This document shows, one piece after another, positions 19,419-28,458 of a stretch of 36,592 nucleotides of DNA. This stretch comes from an uncultured Verrucomicrobiota bacterium. GTDB taxonomy: Bacteria > Verrucomicrobiota > Verrucomicrobiia > Limisphaerales > UBA9464. The notes under the pieces are model-generated. The model was not told where the DNA came from. It saw only the letters and a program-made list of their open reading frames with translations, and did no database searches. How positions within the stretch are numbered: the stretch's first letter is position 1; every line of letters starts with the position of its first letter. The position numbers were made by a program, and so were the translations under genes. The DNA is taken from the NCBI GenBank assembly GCA_903925515.1, contig CAIYFP010000024.1, forward strand, positions 1 through 36,592, written 5' to 3'.

Positions 19419-19426
19419 GCCTCCAT

Positions 19427-20329
19427 TCACTCCATCAACCGCATGAAGTTGCGGGCGAACCAAGCGCCCAGGACGCCGACCGCCCCCAGGCCAAGCCCGG
19501 CGGTGATCCACGCCGTCCACCAACCCGGCGGCATCCGCAAGGAACCGCCATCCACCGCCGCCTCCTTGCGGCGGTACAACCCCAGGCCCAGCCCTAGTGC
19601 CGTGAACGTCAGGCCCAGCAGGCCCGGCACCGCAAACCAACCGTTCAACCGCCCAAACCGAAGCTCCTCCAGCCAGAACATCCCCCGCAGCACGGCCAGC
19701 GCCGCCAAGGCTCCCCACAGCCACGCCTGCAACGCCTGGACCCGGGTCCGGGACAGCGCCGCACCCACGAATCCGCAGCCAAACACCGCCAAGGGCACCG
19801 ACCAAACCAGCGCGTTCAACGTCAAGGAGGGCTCCAACTCAAGCGAGGCCGGGGCGCTCCTCACGAAGACCCGAATCAAGACGTCCGACAACTTTCCGGC
19901 CAACGCCACCACGCTCATCGCCGTGAAGGCCAGCACCGTGGCGCCCCCCAGCAACAACCGCGCCACGTACCGCTGGCCTCGCGTAACCGGCCCCGCGAAG
20001 GCAAACTCCTCGCACCCGCGAATGACGTCGGATCCACCCAACGCCGGCCCAGCAACGACCGCATAGGCCAACCCATGCGCGAGAATCCACAACGGATGCG
20101 CCACCAAGGGCAGGAACCACACCACCGCCAGCCATCCCACCAGGAATCCCAGGAGCAACCGGCCGTGCGCCCTCCACTCGGCGCACGCCCAACGCCACGT
20201 CGTCCGCCAACCGGACCAGACCGGTCCGGTCCCTCGCGCGCGCGCAGCTGGGGACGGGGATTCCTCGCCGCAACACGCCGGCCCTCGACGAGGCACGTCG
20301 CTAGCGGACGACGGGGGGGTGGTCGGCAT
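19427..20329 (-). CDS. ABC-2 type transporter permease-like membrane protein
   Basis: About 6-7 TM segments; DVIRGCEEFAFAGPVTRGQRYVARLLLG resembles the ABC-2 permease cytoplasmic loop; last gene of the GntR/ABC operon; start uncertain. Confidence 0.65.
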   Translation of the reverse strand: MPTTPPSSASDVPRRGPACCGEESPSPAARARGTGPVWSGWRTTWRWACAEWRAHGRLLLGFLVGWLAVVWFLPLVAHPLWILAHGLAYAVVAGPALGGSDVIRGCEEFAFAGPVTRGQRYVARLLLGGATVLAFTAMSVVALAGKLSDVLIRVFVRSAPASLELEPSLTLNALVWSVPLAVFGCGFVGAALSRTRVQALQAWLWGALAALAVLRGMFWLEELRFGRLNGWFAVPGLLGLTFTALGLGLGLYRRKEAAVDGGSLRMPPGWWTAWITAGLGLGAVGVLGAWFARNFMRLME

Positions 20330-21098
20330 AGAACTCCCACGGGTAATCGTGGTCGTTGATCGGCACCGTGAGCGCCCCCGACACCGGCGCCGCGAACGCT
20401 CGCGCCGGCAACCCGGGTGCGGCGAACCCTGGGCTCACCGGCTCCACCCGGAAGATCTTCCGGCCCACGACGGCCCCGTCACGCTGCGCCCGCAGGGTCT
20501 GGCCCTCGTACTCGTTGAACGGACGGTGCCCCGGGGCGGGCGACCGCATCCCGTGCAACTGGCAAGCAAGCGTCCCCACCTGGCTCCCCTTGCCTTGCAA
20601 CAACCGTTGCCAGGCCTCGCGTCGCCACGCCAAGGGGTGCAGGTACGAGAACGTCACGCGCTCCGAAACCTCCCGGACCTCGGCTTCCCATGAACCCTCC
20701 TCGGGCTGGCCCACGCGCCCGACATGGGGTTCCTGCGTGCCGCTCACCCGATTGCCCCAACCGGAGGCTTCCTCCGTCGGATGGCCACCGCCCGCGCCCG
20801 GATCCGACGGGCAGACCAGTATCTTCGGCCCGGGCAACAACGACGGCCGCGTCGTCAGGCGCGTCAGGCTGCGCGGCCGCCGCGCGGTCTCGTCCTGGTT
20901 CAACTCGATGGCCAACGCCACCTGACGAAGGTTGTTCCGGCACAGGACCTCGTTGGATCGCCGACGCGCCCCCGCCGTCGCCGAGGCCAGCAACGTCGCG
21001 ATGACGGCCACGATGGCCACCACGGTCAGCAACTCCACGACCGTGAAGGCACGCGGACGAACCGATGCCGACCGTGGGTCCTGGGAGCGCGGCGTCAT
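20301..21098 (-). CDS. Prepilin-type N-terminal cleavage/methylation domain protein (type II secretion pseudopilin-like)
   Basis: RAFTVVELLTVVAIVAVIATLL, CRNNLRQV, LVCPSD; ATG 21098 overlaps upstream TGA. Confidence 0.88.
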   Translation of the reverse strand: MTPRSQDPRSASVRPRAFTVVELLTVVAIVAVIATLLASATAGARRRSNEVLCRNNLRQVALAIELNQDETARRPRSLTRLTTRPSLLPGPKILVCPSDPGAGGGHPTEEASGWGNRVSGTQEPHVGRVGQPEEGSWEAEVREVSERVTFSYLHPLAWRREAWQRLLQGKGSQVGTLACQLHGMRSPAPGHRPFNEYEGQTLRAQRDGAVVGRKIFRVEPVSPGFAAPGLPARAFAAPVSGALTVPINDHDYPWEFYADHPPVVR

Positions 21099-24000
21099 CG
21101 TCCCACGCCCGTCGCCATCGGGGCGAGCCGCACCAAGCCCGAGTCGCCTCGAGGCAACCACGCCACGGCATCCGCGCCCGCGTCGCCGGCCGCCCAATCC
21201 CCCCAGAACCCGCACGGCCTCGGGCCTTCGCCCAAGGCGACCACGCCGTCGGCCGTGGACCGGAAGAATGACATGCCGACGTCGGTGTCCGCCAGCAACA
21301 GCGGCCCAAGCCGGCGAAGCGTGGCCCACGAGCCACGCAACGGCAGGGATTCCTGCCGGACCCACCGGGCATCCGAGCCCAGCGCCCACGACACCAGTTG
21401 GGCCTTCGTTCCCTCCTTCAAGGCCGGCTCCACCGTCAGGATGCGCCCGCCTTCGAGAACCACGGCACCCGAGCCATCGCCCACGGACGCCTCGGCCACG
21501 GGGGCCACCACAAGCCCATCGTAGGCCAACGCCGTCAACTGGGTCGTCCCCGGCGCCGAGTTCGTCGTCGCTCCCGTCGTGTACAACAACGCGCCCCGAT
21601 GCGACACGCCCGCCAGCTCGGCGGGCAGGCCCAGGGGCTTTCGCAACAACGGCTCCGACGGGTTCGTGACGTCCACGACGTCGAGGACATGCCGCGTCTC
21701 CGTCGTCCACCAGCGCGTCGGGTTTCCGTCCCGGTCCTTCGGGCCCTCCTCCTCGCGCACGACCCATTCACGGTGCGACACGTGGACCTTGCCCTCCGCG
21801 ACATGGGCCCCGGAGAAACCGGACACGCCCTCCTTGCCGCCCAAGACCAGGGTGGCAGCAAGCCTCGGCCGACCCGGCGACGAGGCGTTCTCGGTGACCA
21901 GGGCGAGGGTGTTGCGCCAACCCCACCACCCGCCGCCGCGACCAGGGAGGATGGCGGGTCCGTCCCAAAGCATGCCTCCGCCGGGCCGCACCCACGGCAG
22001 GATGCCGCCCGCGTCGGACTCCACCCAAACGATCGACCCCACTCCGACCAGCAAGCCCTTCATGGAGCCCCCGTAATAGCCTTCCGGGCGCTCGATGCTG
22101 GACGCGCCCAGCTTGAGGGGTTGGTCGCCGTCGAACCCGACCTCCGTGACATGCAGGCGGCCGGGGATCACGACTTGATACCAGTTGGTGAAGACAATGT
22201 GGTTGGTGATCCAGCCGCCGGCGTCGCCCTTGCCCCCGACCACGACGTTGGTCATCACGCGGGGTTCCTGCCGGTACGTGTCCGGCTCGAATTGCAGGAG
22301 GTGCAAGGTGGCCCCGAACCGCTCCATGCCCACCACCGTGAACGGCGGCAAATCGAGGGAACCGATGGGTGCGTCCGGGGCGGAGGCCTTCACCCGGGAC
22401 AACCGGGGGCCCTTCCCCGAGGACGAGCCCACCACGTCCAGGCGATCCCCGTCCACACGCACGCGCTCGGCGGGAAACGAAAGGTCCAGGTCGGCCTTCA
22501 CCACGGGTAGGTCACGGTCGGTGGCATCCACGACCAGCAGTTCCTGCCCCGACAACGAGACAAGGCGATCGCCAAGGACCGTCGCGCGGCGGGCCGCCAT
22601 GGAATGCCGGACCAGGCCGCGCTTCACGAGCTTGTCCCCGGCGACGTCCACGATCTGCATGCCCTGGGTCCATGCGTTGCCCTCGGTGCCCTGCCAGGGC
22701 ACCAGCGCCATGCCGAGCGTCGGCAGGTACTTGAAGGCCTTCTCGTCGCTGTTGGCCTCGCTCCATGACCAGCCCGTGCCGAGGTACACCTTCGACAATT
22801 GCATGGGCTTGGCGGGGTCCCGGACGTCAAACAAGGCGACTGTCGCCCGCGATTCCTCGACGCCCACGGCCATGAGGCGGTCGTTGCCAATCGGCTCCAG
22901 GTAGCTGGAGTAGCCCGGGATCTGCAGCTCGCCCTTGATCGCCGGGTTGCGGGGGTCCGAAAGGTCGATCACCCACAGGGGGTCGATCACGCGAAACGTC
23001 ACCACGTACGCCCGGTTCCCCACGTACCGCGTCGCGAACAACGACTCGTCCGCGATCACCTTCAACGAACCCAACGGCTCCGGCTTCTCCGGCACCGCGA
23101 GGCTGAACGTCTCCAGCCATGTCTGCGACGGGGTCACGCGCACGTAGTCGTTGTACACGAATTCCTCGGTCACCGGCGGGTCCAGCCGCTCGCCGTTCGG
23201 GCCCACCGTGCGGACCACGCGGTTCGTCCGCGTGACCAACCGGAACTCCGGGTCGCGCTGGGAGATCGCCGTCAATGTGTCGCCCGAAAGCCCCAGCTTG
23301 AACTTGTCCTGGACCCGCCCACGCACCAATGCGGTCCCTTTCTGGACCACAACGCCCGAGGGATCCGAAATGTCGAAAACCGTCACGCCATGAACGCCGG
23401 GACGCATCCACGGCATCTGCGTGGGATCGTCCTTCCCGCTCGCCGGGCCGGACGTGGCCACGAGGAGGAACCGGTCCGTCGCCTGGATGGCGTCCGTCGC
23501 CGCCGGGATCATGGCCGCGACCCGCGACACGGGCTTCGCGGGGTCAGCAAGGTCGATGGATTGCACGAGGGTCTCGGCGCGCCACGCCCCGTTCGCGGCG
23601 GGATCCGACGCCGGGCCCCATCGTTGGCTGGCGATGTAGAGCACCGAACCCACCAAGCGGCTCTCGCGCAACTGGCCGTCATAGGGGATTCGCGTGACCT
23701 CGACGGGCTGCAAGTCGGCCACCCGCACCATCACCACGCCGCCCGTTTGCCCGTCGCAGGCATCCGACGCCAGCAACGCCAGCCAGCTCTCGCCCTTCTG
23801 GCCACCCGGCAGCAGGTACATCTGCTCGCCTTGGGCCGCCATCGGCAACGTGCCGCGCAGCACCGGCCGGTCGGGCTGGTCCAGGTCGATCACCTGCAAC
23901 CCACGGACGTTGTTGAAGAAGAACAAGGTCGAGCCCGACACCTGCCAGATGTCGGACTCCACGACCGCCCGGCCGCCGCCCGCGCCCTCGGACAACTTGG

Positions 24001-24433
24001 AGTCGTTGGGAACGCCGGGCCCCAACGTGTTGACGGGCAGGTCCGGCGTGGCGATCGCCGGCGGGTTGGTGCTGACGGAGCGCTGGCCGTCAAATCGCGT
24101 GGCGTCGGCAAAGAAACGGGCTGGCAGGGGCAGGTCGCGCTCGGCCTCGCTTCGCACCCGGAGGATTTCAAGGTCGCTGGTCATCGGCACCTCCACGGTC
24201 ACCTCGCCCTCGCGCTCCGCCACCCATCGCGTGGCCCGCGGCAACCAACCGCCCGGACCCAGCCGCGGCCGCCCCTCCACCGTGATGCGTCGAGCCACGT
24301 CATCCACCGCGACCGTCACGACCAGGTTGGTGCCCTTGGGCCGGATGGATCGGATCACGGGCTCCGCCTGCACCAAGGCAGCCACCCAAGCCAAGCCCGC
24401 CAACAGCCCCGTCCATTGTCCTAGTGTCTTCAT
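21095..24433 (-). CDS. Secreted beta-propeller domain protein (Beta_propel/PF09826-like, LVIVD-type repeats)
   Basis: Signal peptide ending VQA; VESDIW; ESLFATRYVGNRAYVVTFRVIDPLWVIDLSDPRNPAIKGELQIPGYSSYL; repeated (I/V)D-x-x-x-P-x-x-P motifs. Confidence 0.85.
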   Translation of the reverse strand: MKTLGQWTGLLAGLAWVAALVQAEPVIRSIRPKGTNLVVTVAVDDVARRITVEGRPRLGPGGWLPRATRWVAEREGEVTVEVPMTSDLEILRVRSEAERDLPLPARFFADATRFDGQRSVSTNPPAIATPDLPVNTLGPGVPNDSKLSEGAGGGRAVVESDIWQVSGSTLFFFNNVRGLQVIDLDQPDRPVLRGTLPMAAQGEQMYLLPGGQKGESWLALLASDACDGQTGGVVMVRVADLQPVEVTRIPYDGQLRESRLVGSVLYIASQRWGPASDPAANGAWRAETLVQSIDLADPAKPVSRVAAMIPAATDAIQATDRFLLVATSGPASGKDDPTQMPWMRPGVHGVTVFDISDPSGVVVQKGTALVRGRVQDKFKLGLSGDTLTAISQRDPEFRLVTRTNRVVRTVGPNGERLDPPVTEEFVYNDYVRVTPSQTWLETFSLAVPEKPEPLGSLKVIADESLFATRYVGNRAYVVTFRVIDPLWVIDLSDPRNPAIKGELQIPGYSSYLEPIGNDRLMAVGVEESRATVALFDVRDPAKPMQLSKVYLGTGWSWSEANSDEKAFKYLPTLGMALVPWQGTEGNAWTQGMQIVDVAGDKLVKRGLVRHSMAARRATVLGDRLVSLSGQELLVVDATDRDLPVVKADLDLSFPAERVRVDGDRLDVVGSSSGKGPRLSRVKASAPDAPIGSLDLPPFTVVGMERFGATLHLLQFEPDTYRQEPRVMTNVVVGGKGDAGGWITNHIVFTNWYQVVIPGRLHVTEVGFDGDQPLKLGASSIERPEGYYGGSMKGLLVGVGSIVWVESDAGGILPWVRPGGGMLWDGPAILPGRGGGWWGWRNTLALVTENASSPGRPRLAATLVLGGKEGVSGFSGAHVAEGKVHVSHREWVVREEEGPKDRDGNPTRWWTTETRHVLDVVDVTNPSEPLLRKPLGLPAELAGVSHRGALLYTTGATTNSAPGTTQLTALAYDGLVVAPVAEASVGDGSGAVVLEGGRILTVEPALKEGTKAQLVSWALGSDARWVRQESLPLRGSWATLRRLGPLLLADTDVGMSFFRSTADGVVALGEGPRPCGFWGDWAAGDAGADAVAWLPRGDSGLVRLAPMATGVGR

Positions 24434-24474
24434 GCGCTCTCCCCTGTCTCCCAACGCCCGCCAAACTTGTCACG

Positions 24475-25395
24475 TCACAATTCCAACACCCGGTCGCCGT
24501 CGGCGGCACCGGACTCCATCCACGCGACGAACCACTCCTCCATGCTGAGGGGGAACACGTTCACCCGGACGCCCGGCAAGGCGCGCACGGGGTCGAGCTG
24601 GGCGTCGTCCGTCACGCGCGCCAAGGCCGTGAGCACGGGGCCCATCCGGTGCGCCCGGAGCGTTCCCGGCACCTCGAGGCCCGGCGGCACCTCATGGCCC
24701 GGGACCACCACCTGGACGCGGCGCATCGTCCGTTGCCAGTCCTCGACGGCGCCCGTCGCCACCACGCGGCCCTGCTGCATCACCGACACGTGGGTCGCGA
24801 GCCGTTCCACGTCCGCCAACCCGTGCGTGCTCAGCAGCACCGTGCACCCGTCCGTCCGGACCAAGGCATCCACCAAACCCCGGAGGACGTCGCGTCGCGA
24901 CACCGGGTCCAGGCCCGCCGCCGGCTCGTCGAGCACCAGCACCTCCGCCCGCGTCGCCAACGCCAGGATCAATGCGGCGAGGCGCTGGTGGCCCCCGGAA
25001 AGCCGTCCCAACGGCCTGTTCCAAGGAACCTCCCAGCGCCCCGCCAGTTCGCGCGCCAGCCCGCTATCCCAACGCGCGAAAAACCTCGCCGACATGCGGC
25101 CCGTCTCCTCCAGCGTCATCCAAACCGGCGGGTGCCCTTGCTGCGACACATACGCCACCCGTTGCCGGTCCTCCGAGGTCGCCTCCCACCAATCCTTGCC
25201 CAGGAGCCGCGCGACGCCCGAGTCCGCCCTCAGCAAGCCCATCAGCAACCGGAGCGTCGTCGTCTTGCCCGCGCCGTTGCGACCCACCAACGCCATCACC
25301 TGCCCGCGCGCGACGTCCAGGTTGAGGCCGTTCACCGCCACCACGCCCCCGAACGACTTGCCCAGCCCGCGTGCATGGATCGCCGGAATTTCCAT
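24475..25395 (-). CDS. ABC transporter ATP-binding protein (YtrB/CcmA-like)
   Basis: Walker A GRNGAGKTT, signature LSGGH, Walker B VLVLDEP, H-loop STH. Confidence 0.95.
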   Translation of the reverse strand: MEIPAIHARGLGKSFGGVVAVNGLNLDVARGQVMALVGRNGAGKTTTLRLLMGLLRADSGVARLLGKDWWEATSEDRQRVAYVSQQGHPPVWMTLEETGRMSARFFARWDSGLARELAGRWEVPWNRPLGRLSGGHQRLAALILALATRAEVLVLDEPAAGLDPVSRRDVLRGLVDALVRTDGCTVLLSTHGLADVERLATHVSVMQQGRVVATGAVEDWQRTMRRVQVVVPGHEVPPGLEVPGTLRAHRMGPVLTALARVTDDAQLDPVRALPGVRVNVFPLSMEEWFVAWMESGAADGDRVLEL

Positions 25396-25398
25396 GGC

Positions 25399-25857
25399 TC
25401 AGGCCCTGCCCCCCGCCACCACCCGGAAGCGCACCGGCTCCGCCTCGTGCACGTCACGGTTCGGTTGCAAACGTTCCATCTCCTCGGAGACCAGCCCCGC
25501 GACGCGGCGGGCATCGACGCCGGCCTGGACGGCCTCGACCGCCAACTGCCGGGCCGCGCGGCGCAGGTCCTCAACCCGCCCGGCCTCGTCGGTCGGCCTC
25601 GAAGTCCCCGCGTTGGCGACGAACGCCCCCTTTCCATGGCGCATCTCCAGGGTGCCCTCGCGTTCCAGCTCGTTGTACACGCGAACAATGGTCGTGGGAT
25701 TCACCGCGATGGCCGAGGCCAGCTCGCGGATGGAAGGAAGCTGGTCGCCGGGCCGGAGGGTGCCGGAGGCGATGTAGTGGCGCACCTGGTCCATGAGCTG
25801 GCGATACGCCGGAATCCCAGACCGTGAATCCAACTGAAGATGAAGCGTCGCCGTCAT
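25399..25857 (-). CDS. GntR family transcriptional regulator, YtrA subfamily
   Basis: SGIPAYRQL, LRPGDQLPSIRELA, VNPTTIVRVYNELEREG, GKGAFV; short C-terminus; precedes an ABC ATPase. Confidence 0.93.
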   Translation of the reverse strand: MTATLHLQLDSRSGIPAYRQLMDQVRHYIASGTLRPGDQLPSIRELASAIAVNPTTIVRVYNELEREGTLEMRHGKGAFVANAGTSRPTDEAGRVEDLRRAARQLAVEAVQAGVDARRVAGLVSEEMERLQPNRDVHEAEPVRFRVVAGGRA

Positions 25858-25866
25858 CCGCGCCCT

Positions 25867-25909
25867 TGTTTGACTGTTGGAGAACACCCAAACAGCGGGG
25901 CGTTGTCAA
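25867..25909 (-). promoter_or_regulatory. Putative sigma70 promoter with overlapping YtrA-type operator
   Basis: Minus strand TTGACA (25909-25904), 17 nt, weak -10 TGTTCT; overlapped by TGTT-N12-AACA (25867-25886), resembling YtrA-family boxes. Confidence 0.55.
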
Positions 25910-26001
25910 ACCTCGGGACGGCACGGCTCCTGGGACCGCGCCCGTCCCCGGGCGCTGCCCATGCCCCAGCGGCGGGGGACGGCCGCGCTCCCAGGGCTCC
26001 C

Positions 26002-26409
26002 TCAAAACATCCGTTCCATCGGACCCGGTTGGCGCGACGGGGTCCAGTAGGAGGCGAGGCGCGGGTCGATCGGGTCATGCAGCGGACGTCGGCCCGCCCA
26101 GCGCAGGCACCAGCCCATCGGCCACAGGACCAACACGAAAACGACCGTGAGCAAAACCGCCCCGGTCACCCGCCCGAATTGATGCCCCGTCCAGCGCACG
26201 CCCCGGTACCAGCCGCGGAACCACGCCGGACGCGCCCATGCAACGCCAGCCACCAGCAACGCAAGCGAGCCAGCCACCGCCGCCACCGCCCATGGCCAGC
26301 GTCCGCGCCATGCCCCAAGCACGCAGACCAGCGTCAATGCCGCCACCGACGACATCGTGAGGTTGCGCCAGTCCCGGGCGTTCTCGCTGAATCGAAGTCG
26401 CGCGCTCAT
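26002..26409 (-). CDS. SxtJ family membrane protein
   Basis: Three hydrophobic segments, VLLTVVFVLVLWPMG, SYW and terminal MERMF; follows a carbamoyltransferase. Confidence 0.8.
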   Translation of the reverse strand: MSARLRFSENARDWRNLTMSSVAALTLVCVLGAWRGRWPWAVAAVAGSLALLVAGVAWARPAWFRGWYRGVRWTGHQFGRVTGAVLLTVVFVLVLWPMGWCLRWAGRRPLHDPIDPRLASYWTPSRQPGPMERMF

Positions 26410-26430
26410 GGGTGGGTTCGGCTCAAGGGT

Positions 26431-28266
26431 TCAGTCGCGCCCGGGCTCGAACACCTGGGGCACCGGCGCGGGCTGGCGCGATCGTTGCAACACCCGGTTG
26501 CCGATCACGAGCCGGTCCATCGCCGTGTTCACGAAGCAGCGGTAGGCGTCCTCCGGCGTGCACACCACGGGCTCGCCGCGGACGTTGAACGACGTGTTCA
26601 CCAGCGCCGGGCAACCCGTGCGCGCATGCCATGCCTCCAGCAACCGGCGGAAGCGCGGGTTGGTTTCCCGGTCCACCGTCTGGATGCGCGCCGACCAATC
26701 CACATGCGTGATCGCCGGCAACGTGGAGCGAACCCGACGCACCCGCTCCGACAAGTCCTCGCCCCCCTCCGCCCCAGGGGCCGCGCCGGAGGCATCGGGC
26801 CGACGCAACGCCTCGCGCACCGGCGCCACAAGCAGCATGTAGGGCGAATCCCCCTCCAGCTCGAACAACGCCGACGCATGCTCCGCCAGCACGGCGGGCG
26901 CGAATGGCCGGAAGGATTCCCGGAACTTCACCCGCAGGTTCATCCGCGCCTGCATCTCCGCCGAGCGCGGGTCCCCGAGGATCGATCGATTGCCCAACGC
27001 CCGCGGCCCGAACTCCATGCGTCCCTGAAACCATCCCACCACCTCGCCCGCCTCCAGCCATGCCGCCGCGCGGTCAAACAACTCCTCGTCCTCCATCCGC
27101 TCATGGACCGCGCCCATTCGGTCGAGGACGGCGGCAACCTCCGCGTCACCGTGCTCCGGGCCGAGGCAGGAGCCGTGCATGGCGTCGAGTCCACCCGGCG
27201 ATGGACGCGGCTGGCGTGCGTGGAGATGCCATGCCGCGAGGGCGGCCCCGAGCGCGCCGCCGGCGTCACCCGCCGCCGGCTGCACCCAGACCTTTTCAAA
27301 CGGGCCCTCGCGCAGGATGCGACCATTGGCCACGCAATTGAGCGCCACGCCGCCCGCGAGCGCGAGGTGACGTTCACCCGTTCGCTCATGCGCCCTTCGC
27401 GCCAGGCGCAGCATGGCTTCCTCGGTCACCACCTGGATGGAACGCGCCATGTCGGCATGACGCGCCAGGATGCGTTCATCCGGTTGCCGTGGAGGGCCGC
27501 CGAGCAACGCGTCGAACCGCTCGTTCGTCAGCCGTTGCCCTCGCAGGAAGTCGAAGTGCTCAAGGTTCAGCCGGAACGACCCGTCGGCGCGCAGGTCGAT
27601 GAGCCGGTCACGAATCACCTTCTCGAACGCCGGCCGGCCGTAGGGGGCCAGCCCCATGAGCTTGTACTCGCCCGAGTTCACCCGAAACCCGCAATGGGCC
27701 GTGAACGCCGAGTACAGCAACCCCAAGGAATGCGGGAACCGGACTTCCTCCAGCGCCTCGAGCCCATCCCCCGAGCCATGCCACAACGTCGTCGTCGCGT
27801 ACTCGCCCACGCCGTCGATGGCCAGCACCGCCGCCGAGTCGAAGGGCGACGGGTAAAACGCCGACGCCGCGTGGGCCTGGTGATGCTCCGTGAACAGGAC
27901 CGGCACGGATTCCGGCAGGCCGCCCAGGTCGGCCCGGATGCCCCCGCGGGCGTCGAGCTTCTCCGAGAGCCAGCCCGGCGCGAACCGCACGAACGTCCCC
28001 AGCCCGCCCGGCACGAGCCCAAGCACCGTCTCGAGGAAGCGCGCGAACTTGGGGATGGGCTTGTCATAGAAAACCACCACGTCGGGCCACTTCCCGCCAA
28101 GCCCTGCTCGTTCCAGGCAAAACCTTGCGGCATGCACCGGGAACGCGTCGTCGTTCTTCCTTCGCGTGAACCGTTCCTCCTGCGCCGCCGCCACGACCTT
28201 GCCATCCACGACGATGGCCGCCGCCGAGTCGTGGTAGTGGGCCGAGATGCCGAGGATGGATTGCAT
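26431..28266 (-). CDS. Carbamoyltransferase, CmcH/NodU family (SxtI-like)
   Basis: GISAHYHDSAAA, EHHQAHAASAFY, GEYKLMGLAPYG, AGGVALNCVANG, GRMEFGPRALGNRS, KFRESFRPFAP, NTSFNVRGEP. Confidence 0.96.
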   Translation of the reverse strand: MQSILGISAHYHDSAAAIVVDGKVVAAAQEERFTRRKNDDAFPVHAARFCLERAGLGGKWPDVVVFYDKPIPKFARFLETVLGLVPGGLGTFVRFAPGWLSEKLDARGGIRADLGGLPESVPVLFTEHHQAHAASAFYPSPFDSAAVLAIDGVGEYATTTLWHGSGDGLEALEEVRFPHSLGLLYSAFTAHCGFRVNSGEYKLMGLAPYGRPAFEKVIRDRLIDLRADGSFRLNLEHFDFLRGQRLTNERFDALLGGPPRQPDERILARHADMARSIQVVTEEAMLRLARRAHERTGERHLALAGGVALNCVANGRILREGPFEKVWVQPAAGDAGGALGAALAAWHLHARQPRPSPGGLDAMHGSCLGPEHGDAEVAAVLDRMGAVHERMEDEELFDRAAAWLEAGEVVGWFQGRMEFGPRALGNRSILGDPRSAEMQARMNLRVKFRESFRPFAPAVLAEHASALFELEGDSPYMLLVAPVREALRRPDASGAAPGAEGGEDLSERVRRVRSTLPAITHVDWSARIQTVDRETNPRFRRLLEAWHARTGCPALVNTSFNVRGEPVVCTPEDAYRCFVNTAMDRLVIGNRVLQRSRQPAPVPQVFEPGRD

Positions 28267-28290
28267 GGGGCGGCCGGGCGGGGTGCGCCG

Positions 28291-28449
28291 CTACATGAAC
28301 GGGTACATGAACGGCGCGAGGGCCGAGCTGGAGCTGAAGACGATGATCGCGCCCAGCAACAACAGCACGGCCACGACCGGGAGCAGCCACCACTTCTTCT
28401 CCCGCCGCAGGAAGACCATGAACTCCTTGAACGCCTGCCACATGGCCAT
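28291..28449 (-). CDS. DUF5989 (SxtK-like) small membrane protein, 52 aa, absent from the ORF track
   Basis: Manual translation MAMWQAFKEFMVFLRREKKWWLLPVVAVLLLLGAIIVFSSSSALAPFMYPFM*; KKWWLLP and APFxY signatures; GAAGGGGG RBS-like site. Confidence 0.88.
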   Translation of the reverse strand: MAMWQAFKEFMVFLRREKKWWLLPVVAVLLLLGAIIVFSSSSALAPFMYPFM

Positions 28450-28458
28450 GCCCCCTTC

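Noticed and set aside
18447-19426. CRISPR array or protein-coding genes in the ~1-kb intergenic gap
   Set aside because: Repeats are inverted, not regularly spaced direct repeats; no cas genes; ORFs such as ...HEIHEIHE... simply translate the repeat
25942-25982. GC-rich hairpin after the SxtJ-like gene as an intrinsic terminator
   Set aside because: A stem is present but there is no U-tract on either strand
26002-28449. Saxitoxin biosynthesis cluster
   Set aside because: Only the widespread sxtI/J/K-like trio is present; no sxtA, sxtG or other core genes
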